This document shows positions 59,401 to 63,328 of a stretch of DNA of 63,328 nt, piece by piece. The first letter of the stretch is position 1; every line of letters begins with the position of its first letter. The notes beneath the pieces were generated by a model. It worked only from the letters and a program-made list of their open reading frames with translations. It did not search any database and was not told the origin of the DNA. The DNA is from a virus (Duplodnaviria; Caudoviricetes): positions 1 to 63,328 of IMG/VR virus record IMGVR_UViG_3300027815_000237; one strand, given 5' to 3'. A program made the position numbers and the translations under genes.

Positions 59401-61608
59401 GGGAAGTCTACCTATGCGACCTTCCGTGTCGTGAAATACATGAAGGACTGGGTATCGGCGGGACTCATTCATCAAAAAGGCACATTCGAGGACATCGGCA
59501 ATCCCTTCACCGCCACGATTATGAAGGGCGTAAGCATGATTCGAGCTGCACGCCGCAATCAATTCAAGAAAGAGATTGCTCAATCGTTATTGTCGAACCA
59601 AGACCTCTTCAGTGATGAAGTAGAAGGTGTGGGACCGGTCCAAAAAGTGATTGAGGCGAAGGTCTCGCACGTACCCGGGCAACTTCCCTATGTGAAGCCA
59701 CACGCGGACCCACATCTCGATGTCATCATGTGGAAAGAAGGTGGGAAGTTCAGGGCGGCCTACGTTGATAAGTACATCGTAAATAGTTTCAACCACGACT
59801 CGAGTGCGGCCTTGGCAAATGCCGCAAGTGTATCGCGGTTGTTGTTAAACAATACGTTGTGGCGTCCACTGTTGATTGGACTGTCGCCAGGATTTCAAGC
59901 CCGGAACCTGTTCCGAGATTTCCTGAGAACCTACAAGGCACTTCCACAAAAATCGTTTCTTGATCTGTTGCGTGCCTATCGAGATTCAATCCCATCGGCA
60001 AAGAATAGAGCAAGGGGAGTATATGATGATATCATTGTGCAAATGGAAAAGGAACACGCGCTGAATGTTACGCTCTCTGAACTGATGAGAACGATGGGAG
60101 GAGAAGAGGCTGAGATCGAGGCTCTCTTCCACCGTTACGGAGTTAAGTTGACAGACCTCCGACCGGGATGGCAGAAGAATATCCTCGGCAGAAATATTGC
60201 GAAATTCTTAGAGGCAGCATTTTACATCGGGAACGTCATTGAGACGGTCCCAAAGGTGGCCGCTTACAGTCTTCTTGATAATATGGAGCCTCGAGCGCGT
60301 GCAACTTGGATTCGGAATAACGTTGGAACACCAAATCCCAAGAGGCGTGGGACGGCCTATATTTTCAGCAACAACCTGATTCTTTTCTCAAATATCAACA
60401 AGGAAGGATGGAGGTCCGATTATGAAACTGCTACTCTCCCGACAACAAGGGCTGGTTGGTGGTGGAGAACCGTGATGTTGGGGATTCTACCCAAACTTGC
60501 GTTCAGAATGGCCATGCTGGGGTTATTTGGCACATGGTTGGCTTCTTGGGCGGGTAAGCAGGATAAGTACCGCCGCAGGCAGAATATGCTCATTCCTTTG
60601 GGAGAGGCAGCAGACGGATCGGCTGTCTCGATGGTGATACCACACGACGAATCAACAAGGATAATTTCAGGGCTATTTGACATAGCACTTGATGCGGCGA
60701 CAAAAGAGCAAACAGCAGGAGAATCGGCTTCCGAGGCCACGAAATTCATGATGAATCAAGCGCCATTTATTGGCGGCGCTCACCCACTCCTCACGATCGC
60801 CGGTGCGTGGAGTGATTATCTGAATGGTCGTATGCCGCGCGATGCGTGGAGAGGATTCGATATACTCACGGAAGATGAGTTGAAGTACGGCGGTGTCGAC
60901 GCGTGGACACCCTTGGCAAAGTGGACATTGAATCAAACGGGCCTTGTGAAATTGGATGTCCATAGCAAATTCAAAGAAGAACCAACATGGGAACAGAGTT
61001 TCCGAGTTATCCCCGGTCTGAATGCTCTACTGGATGTCACTAATATGGGTGAGTATGAAAAAGCGATGAGAGCGGTCAGGGAGCAGGCTGCTAAAGAGGC
61101 TGGGGAGAGAATTGAGAAGCGCGAGAGGATTGTTGAGTCTGCGAAATCTGGCGAGTCTGTGATGGAATTCCTCCGAAAGGAGAAGCCATCAACTATAGGT
61201 GAGGCGAAAGAGCTTTATGCAATGAGAGAGAGAATCAAGGCGAAGGGATCCAACGATCCGGTGATCCGAGTTCTCTCACAATCGACATCCAATGCTCAGA
61301 AGAGAGCGGCGATCAAGGCGATGCAGAAAGTAGTCCCGGAGAGAAACCTCTCACTCCTGTTGGATGCTGCCGAGGAGGAGAAGATTCTCTCAGAGCAAGT
61401 AAAGTTTGACATCTACATTGATCTGTATAACGATCAGGATACGATCATAGATGAGCCCACAATCAAAGATGTTGTCGGATCGTATCAACGAATGCCGAAG
61501 GAGTTGCAGGGTGAACTCTATCCACTTTTGGAGAAGAAGATTCTGCATTCGGATGAATTCAAGAAATTCACCGGGAAAGCGGTGAATGCTGTTACTGAAG
61601 AAAAATAA
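47422..61608 (+). CDS. 4728-aa large polyvalent protein (putative ejection protein 3)
   Basis: ART-like FYHNT..GIYLS..GYDGII..QVIVFDP; ParB-like VGHHR; SF2 helicase ADGTGFGKT/FDEAH/QIMGR; JAB HHHPSG; zincin HEIGH; helical C-terminus. Confidence 0.88.
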   Translation: MAIPNDPTGKPKKVPSRYDLSDFEDKDTAVATYDLSDFEDKPPEPEVVPPEVRAWRKVRGAAILPGVEVTAQSTDTGPLTPEEIGAPEPIITTIPPDTKARLAVYNRYKGTGIRPSDETVRRATSIGQLPGAESRPMTVEQRQKAQNYIQEALGQIPQAESVGGGYRGEVLAGKRYAGKEIPAGIGETGPTTKDTESKRIEAKNLASAQRIKEYGKTAIRKVDELMKVAPKKRMISVRGIMMPIDEPTNSALPQTKKYLQEIIDTPTEYGGLSDVFSGMANRFGPEMLPFIGAIVEATNNDMVRRAAEKPENRRTVDEQAVVDAYSALQNLKQIPLPGASGFQIGRGIMDLIPYAAEFALTDGVYQTSRALLSAGMKKVVGLRGISNIANAIGKSSALSRIASGGEKVLTATGAGVVQSLTNAQQIAKNFTERAIPKLNLTLSPDGEIVYRKLELDTESVLTKLLKVTGLNAAEFVTERWGIVVEKPMEFLKRITVGRIMEKTGIGTIDKAIDFLRNKTAFQGIVPEVFEEWVNYPIQTAIENGQPELMDKEQLFQTTAIVGAPTLLGAGARIGGGAIDRMVEERRQREMVKKQAEFKARMTGFLDNPMGTTQGEVFDIISEGADIDRATQALETERVEKPPTQQPIPDQVQTIIDEVAKESPATAASIKAKLLDGRTEDITPGEKNLLAQAAKDIQKPSVPPEGEIVPPIESISTGKGPLALKTRDGQVFSLPDAKLHSEIVDKFGIPETRIVDTGYLDAQGKFVSQLKKVERPSIETMPERLGAGGVKTHEQLLDWWERRLESIELRAEAETFQKFAPDYIPALTNLRGQFETLFNKAKKEKKFLEYFDDLNDLDRKFTAMYDKADEMVGVIHKREAVQKIISAIFERKPVPPIAGGIIPPEMLTPEEFRSSPPAITFPREAITKGGPWEKVSRELVAGSTWQEVHKKRVEKALAEGRPVYKGYEKDYPDLAKKYGVSTPKPVPLKPPPIVDNSKTVYVDGTFYHNTDRESAESILKNGFNISDTRNLSLAERGFVSGNLGDGIYLSPDLHQNMNKVGDDANLQVTPTRKLKLYDLGNKPGSAQISIEFADKIKDAGYDGIIVNDPHPKSGGYQVIVFDPQNLTVKSIVEDNLILKPEDLSKIDITKSKELPTAEPVPPRPPPKMPSVPPVEPSPPRVSAKAGSREIPMESLVTDEARFQTPGRTIDEELQQARMENYNRKKIEMNPINYWYDPKLGKNVVLVGHHREALARRIGEETITGIEFEGTEEEAIQFAQNENAGRKAETALVRAQYYRAQREKGVSPEQIKKALTGEVGRQGANHIMDLSYLNPRGTVMDALKSLEGSDVQTKGLISTFADWIGGIRKTMPKLTDSHENEMFGYLKKHTGDETTRNKTQFEAFVQKFIDKNTVDGQFNPAEPLNLTKLEARTLNEREYDASIERKRQQRLEAEQERDIRDKKLPDNTTPEQRTKIMKPYIERVTRLEGELQDLIGKRDAAFENIRSQEIDLFGTLDEVPNEQIANAESRTPDETEKSETIVQAVGHQATDAEATVDPTEQEKRAAETLKKTDEEIKNITGADPKAGAIDKFKDAINNLDDMFGAPSGKGVSEPTPQYGPVDETTYQKAKYYFDQALRALQDQGKDASFLAEAMRYRYGEKIDPFVQRYLKETEDEFDFRRGQELYQSTGELGALRRPSVRLVNAGNLPKAEAVIPPGKYEVLDAGQRYAVNLFLQRFKTPGTHALLADGTGFGKTFEILPIAAEIAATSGKPSLIITQNKAIIAGSYADAAKLLGITLSPKTIQLATYDDLRSGKVGGGDYGLIVFDEAHNLKHVSALKTEAANKVKADHQLFATATPMDGPAAASYFMSRITGMSEEEVQHKLGYQIIERTDPITGDLKRTAAILEGHTWPEVFDNIIAMRDEAIKNGSMIRREYPFYGVISNRNMELDLMQSKDQKEIADYWDRKIASTRNPRVKKNFAGQKIGELSRWLEQHKANEIIKLAQKKLSDGRSVIIVAEGINETTIKGLDGGTVVPGLITVLSNEFKKMGTDVAKIHGTGDKSKAVADFQGNKVRVAIMTPRSGGAGINLDDTKGDFPRTMIIATANFSGDVFDQIMGRASRRNTASPVEVIFIQSPNGISDLRRRQILDAKLGVLKRIQMGEDPDRVDLETSAALDNIFGEDSSPESPLQMKEPSIRYGFQFGNPETFSYDTGDEQTIKYQSLTQKSDVPSTGLQNLYRKASVRPLLPGEIQYARRFYEAVRHIRFYGAHEKIRNAADAAAVFRSWETSTLENSGLIHINADGKQAVQILRTGTFDSADIDPREIAPFLNAFGTTEAYFAHHHPSGNIYASGGDYQVFKNLQRYFPHIKIHGIIIDIRDGLFGSFDPSTAPEEGFAPTPDKRYPLKAIEFSKQEYLRDLNDLPTVRQSGDAAKFWSAMSYGAGKKLGLISLNSNHAIVAGHWLTGGHDLSNPAHMEALKQEILSLIGRSAGVRAILIGNQEMLSHEIARTNLATLQESLRQDPKSESSLLDYVGVEPGLDTYARPDNWISAQEEGVLREPKPPYGKAEQEYINEQLRKGNLDPLRKQMREIERREAELKNEEQQLELNSLIEYRRQIQREIASGFGDKVTQERALREVNERIDKLNPPSLFGKEEIEGGTLFEARPAYGKKKLVKPKIPYGAEGGLQPWQMTREEYERHQELPKFDENELFEKIMDSGSLKTPGGAKTHYEQIADKLRKLIDPELFQAMRAEREGESWRTTPQIKQELQSLLESARLQQEREATAAGSVPDEKLPADILFFGISSGPYSRKEMGIAYKIKSFSVSLDEVSRWYWHGKEVYIDALAILLKSKLVKVWKLKIEQYKTEPSYVPHQELERIRQESPWWFANVTGNSVVAEGYATELGYEEAAGGMSSVRLRPATRPEVENIGEEWKKEWDDKSINSHRQIIQMAVAEGKPVPPEVLADYPDLANSALKEPTAPYGKKTLAPIFFSNTQALIEEKMPTKAPVYQIQNILKQGKQEEIKWTGLDEYLRTKDSFTKQEILDYLKANEIRVEEVEKSEKAINKELDQLRESAVEAAEERSQIAWALYADERDVFLSGRVLHWMYRHNGKHVDVPEEYVSRLNDIRETITQYEERRAELEEIGGKAKTKYGGYVLPGAKEGTYRELLLTLPVKRRPITLENVVPDKTWRVIGGGEDLFVTKRKEGFYLSEREGQRVGSMDFPNLDAVRDYVKNWGLQLTPMFSTSHFEEPNILAHIRFNERETPDGKRTLFIEELQSDWAQKGRRLGFGVQKYRIVNKGSENTAFGDEFGGLFDSKEEAQNALDRAWKQYGDKLPYSTKESYEIIEDTTFAPKIPDAPFLRGDGWKKLALRRMIRHAAEKGYDSISWTTGEQQAERYDLSKQVDKIGWSKLKDGTVNIGVVKDGQVVIEKEHLSISQLEDTIGKEATKKIVDNKGLRGELQNPDLKVGGEGMKGFYDKELVNIANDIGKKFGAKVGETKIETGKGGAAGFGQFERWMKENNYPENPLYEWQNDTARMDEFFNKSVPPSGEMVHSLPITPEMRESVLYKGQQLFEPKPEYEPSKPPKGEERAIPEDIDISTAGLPFKLGGMDRINPVMMPELLKMAKYITGRVPILKNLPSNYGYFKSGGAMSVIAMNRKIQNDPRLMAMVLAHEIGHGTDWMDTETLKRGNLIGRLLSMTSIYMKNTFPSGFLGDVTNKQLKAELVGLSAWWKPFDPSANLNYTKYRGSAKELYADFLSVLLNAPKEAKDRAPKFYNKFFENLDRKPSIRNQFLRLQMMIANPDMLGEARWNDVINMFKKAEDVMHQQHLVALAGEKSVWFHLKSALGDKNAKMLEARKQMIDAGRIEKLVEGDPRFALEENDTLSVHIQSYLRELDPLMREMKTNDTMDLVGGILFLDRIQAGDRWEFANPLGHIPGTAGEQLEWLKKKYPDKFEMARSQADKLHDWFNQVRDLMAEDMMTPEQVEATAPGKSTYATFRVVKYMKDWVSAGLIHQKGTFEDIGNPFTATIMKGVSMIRAARRNQFKKEIAQSLLSNQDLFSDEVEGVGPVQKVIEAKVSHVPGQLPYVKPHADPHLDVIMWKEGGKFRAAYVDKYIVNSFNHDSSAALANAASVSRLLLNNTLWRPLLIGLSPGFQARNLFRDFLRTYKALPQKSFLDLLRAYRDSIPSAKNRARGVYDDIIVQMEKEHALNVTLSELMRTMGGEEAEIEALFHRYGVKLTDLRPGWQKNILGRNIAKFLEAAFYIGNVIETVPKVAAYSLLDNMEPRARATWIRNNVGTPNPKRRGTAYIFSNNLILFSNINKEGWRSDYETATLPTTRAGWWWRTVMLGILPKLAFRMAMLGLFGTWLASWAGKQDKYRRRQNMLIPLGEAADGSAVSMVIPHDESTRIISGLFDIALDAATKEQTAGESASEATKFMMNQAPFIGGAHPLLTIAGAWSDYLNGRMPRDAWRGFDILTEDELKYGGVDAWTPLAKWTLNQTGLVKLDVHSKFKEEPTWEQSFRVIPGLNALLDVTNMGEYEKAMRAVREQAAKEAGERIEKRERIVESAKSGESVMEFLRKEKPSTIGEAKELYAMRERIKAKGSNDPVIRVLSQSTSNAQKRAAIKAMQKVVPERNLSLLLDAAEEEKILSEQVKFDIYIDLYNDQDTIIDEPTIKDVVGSYQRMPKELQGELYPLLEKKILHSDEFKKFTGKAVNAVTEEK

Positions 61609-61626
61609 GACCTGCATAGGCAGGTC
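61609..61626 (+). other. Hairpin between virion and lysis genes
   Basis: GACCTGC-ATAG-GCAGGTC, no U tract. Confidence 0.45.
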
Positions 61627-61651
61627 ATTCCAATAACATAAGGAGTAAAAC

Positions 61652-62104
61652 ATGAAACTCTTACAGTTCGTTTCGCGCTTCCGGGCCGTTATGATGTTGG
61701 CCTTCATGCTCGTATTTTTCACCTTGAGCGTATTGGCACAACCCGATCCATTGCTCGCACTACAGAACATTCCGGCTGGATTCAATTGGGTCTGGATGGC
61801 TTATGGAGCGGCGGGGATGGTGCTTCATTGGTTGAAACAAGTCATCTGGAAAGAGAAAGTATCCTCCTTTGACGAGCATTTCTTTACAAACGCTCAGTGG
61901 ACACTTGGAGCTCTCTTAGTCACATTTGGGATACTGGCCGCCCAAACCGATGCTCTCTCAACGCTTCCGTTGTTCTCGGTGGGAGTTATTGTCCCATGTT
62001 TGATTGCAGGCTTTACGGCTGATTCAGGACTGAACAGCCCCGGTACGGCGGTGTCGACTGCCAAGAAGAACGGCGATGGTGCCCTAAAAGCGGTAACGCA
62101 ATAA
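61652..62104 (+). CDS. Holin-like membrane protein with signal-peptide-like N-terminus
   Basis: ..FFTLSVLA|Q then about 3 TM helices; directly before endolysin candidate. Confidence 0.6.
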   Translation: MKLLQFVSRFRAVMMLAFMLVFFTLSVLAQPDPLLALQNIPAGFNWVWMAYGAAGMVLHWLKQVIWKEKVSSFDEHFFTNAQWTLGALLVTFGILAAQTDALSTLPLFSVGVIVPCLIAGFTADSGLNSPGTAVSTAKKNGDGALKAVTQ

Positions 62105-62106
62105 TC

Positions 62107-62562
62107 ATGGAGTTGCAACTTATACGCCAAACGTTCACCGACGTAAGCACCGTCGGAGAACTGTTGATGGGTGGAATCCACGAGTGTTTCGTCTTAGAAG
62201 ATCTCGATCGCGGACTCCACAAGGATATGCAACTCCATATCCTTGAATCAATGAAGGTCAAAGGAGAAACCGCCATCCCCTATGGTCGCTACGAGATCGT
62301 GATTGATGTATCAGCACGGTTCAAAAGACTGATGCCGCACATTCTTGGCGTTCCGGCGTTCGATGGTATCAGGATTCACAGCGGCAATACGGAATCGGAC
62401 ACGGAAGGATGTCCGCTTGTTGGCCGGATCAAAGGTATGGATTTTGTCGGGCAGAGCGTGCTTGCATTTAATGAGTTCTTCCCGAAACTGAAATCAGCGC
62501 TTGAGCATGAGCAATGTTTTATTGAAATCACAAAAGAGATGCCAAAGCAGGTTTTGGCGTAA
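62107..62562 (+). CDS. DUF5675-family putative endolysin (L,D-transpeptidase-like)
   Basis: STVGEL, TAIPYGRY, IRIHSGN..DTEGCPLVG. Confidence 0.85.
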   Translation: MELQLIRQTFTDVSTVGELLMGGIHECFVLEDLDRGLHKDMQLHILESMKVKGETAIPYGRYEIVIDVSARFKRLMPHILGVPAFDGIRIHSGNTESDTEGCPLVGRIKGMDFVGQSVLAFNEFFPKLKSALEHEQCFIEITKEMPKQVLA

Positions 62563-62599
62563 TATAGTCCATTTCATTCACTTTAAGAAAGGTTCTAAA

Positions 62600-63073
62600 A
62601 TGAAGTACATCTTGGTTATTCTCTCGCTTCTACTTTTGGTCTCTCTCGGGCAAGCGCAGAAGCAAATGAAGCACACCAGCGAAAAGGCGGTGCTCTATTC
62701 GTTCTCAGGTTTGGGTGACATGAGTGCCGGGAAGTTCAATCAAGGGATCGGAGCGCGGTATTCAATCGGTGCCGATTTCTGGTTGAGGGGTTCGCTTGGT
62801 TATGTCTCAAGTGATGAAGGATCAGACCTCAATGCCTCGGTGGGAGCATTCAAAGAACTATTCTGGTTGAGCAATACTATTTTCTCGGCTGGATTAGAGT
62901 TTGGATCCTCGGGCGAAGGCAATAACCATGAGATTGGGATTCTTGCCAACATTATGTACCTGCCGTGGGACGATGTAGGTTTGGCCTTGGATTCGGGCTT
63001 CAAATATGAGCGATCGACGCAGACTTGGTCGACAAGGCACGGCGGGAAGTTTACACTAACGATGTTCTTCTGA
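62600..63073 (+). CDS. Small outer-membrane beta-barrel protein
   Basis: MKYILVILSLLLLVSLGQA|Q; alternating amphipathic strands; C-terminal Phe (GKFTLTMFF). Confidence 0.75.
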   Translation: MKYILVILSLLLLVSLGQAQKQMKHTSEKAVLYSFSGLGDMSAGKFNQGIGARYSIGADFWLRGSLGYVSSDEGSDLNASVGAFKELFWLSNTIFSAGLEFGSSGEGNNHEIGILANIMYLPWDDVGLALDSGFKYERSTQTWSTRHGGKFTLTMFF

Positions 63074-63079
63074 CCCACC

Positions 63080-63328
63080 ATGTTGAATGGAGTCCCTAAA
63101 TTAGAGGGCGAGTTCAGGTTGTTCGTCAAATATCCAACGGCGAATATCTGGATGATGATTGATGATCGATGGATGATTGAGAAGGTAGACGATAAGACTT
63201 TTCGCGTGAGTCCTTCCTTAATGCATGGGGATAACAACGACGAGAACGGATTCCACACAACGAGCCCATTCTTGATCGAGATGCGGCCGCCAAAACTTAC
63301 CATTCATCGATCAGGTGAGGATGTATGA
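63080..63328 (+). CDS. Hypothetical protein
   Basis: Last in-operon ORF. Confidence 0.45.
   Translation: MLNGVPKLEGEFRLFVKYPTANIWMMIDDRWMIEKVDDKTFRVSPSLMHGDNNDENGFHTTSPFLIEMRPPKLTIHRSGEDV

Larger units (their letters stand above)
1..63328. mobile_element. Temperate phage / prophage genome, podovirus-like, near complete
   Basis: Ordered integration-immunity-replication-packaging-head-tail-ejection-lysis modules; one long plus-strand arm diverging from repressor/integrase; no host housekeeping genes. Confidence 0.95.

Noticed and set aside
47422-61608. Giant ORF as tape measure or virion RNA polymerase
   Set aside because: No tail tube/sheath genes, and no DxDGD or T7-type polymerase motifs recognised; motifs fit polyvalent proteins
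1-63328. CRISPR array or diversity-generating retroelement
   Set aside because: No repeat-spacer array, reverse transcriptase motif or adenine-variant TR/VR pair seen
1-63328. Stop-codon reassignment
   Set aside because: Code 11 gives dense, coupled, full-length genes and all three stops are used
1-63328. attL/attR or terminal repeats
   Set aside because: Window begins and ends on stop codons; no matching end sequences noticed; flanks would be needed

Overview
The whole window reads as one ~63 kb temperate tailed phage or prophage, probably podovirus-like (P22-type layout; no tape measure, tube or sheath gene recognised). It is trimmed at gene ends and no att sites are visible. Left end, minus strand: tyrosine integrase and a CI/LexA-like repressor. 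Everything else is on the plus strand. Early and middle genes: Cro/Xis-like genes, a recombination block (putative annealing protein, SbcC/Rad50-like ATPase, UvrD), a replication initiator, nin-like genes, RuvC and a beta-class DNA methyltransferase with a PD-(D/E)xK neighbour. Late genes: TerS/TerL, portal, an atypical initiator-type tRNA(CAU), scaffold, major capsid, decoration/fibre genes, adaptor/nozzle, three ejection-type genes ending in a 4728-aa polyvalent protein, and a lysis cassette plus an outer-membrane beta-barrel. The strongest unexplained signal: four genes in the virion operon (25445, 26651, 31865, 34116) carry Sec-type signal peptides predicted to be cleaved before Gln and are rich in D-(S/T)-(A/I/L/V/M/T), the Bacteroidota O-glycosylation sequon, unlike the capsid and nozzle proteins. 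This suggests the phage exports its decoration/fibre proteins for host glycosylation before they join the virion. All assignments are by eye from motifs and synteny; no database searches were run.
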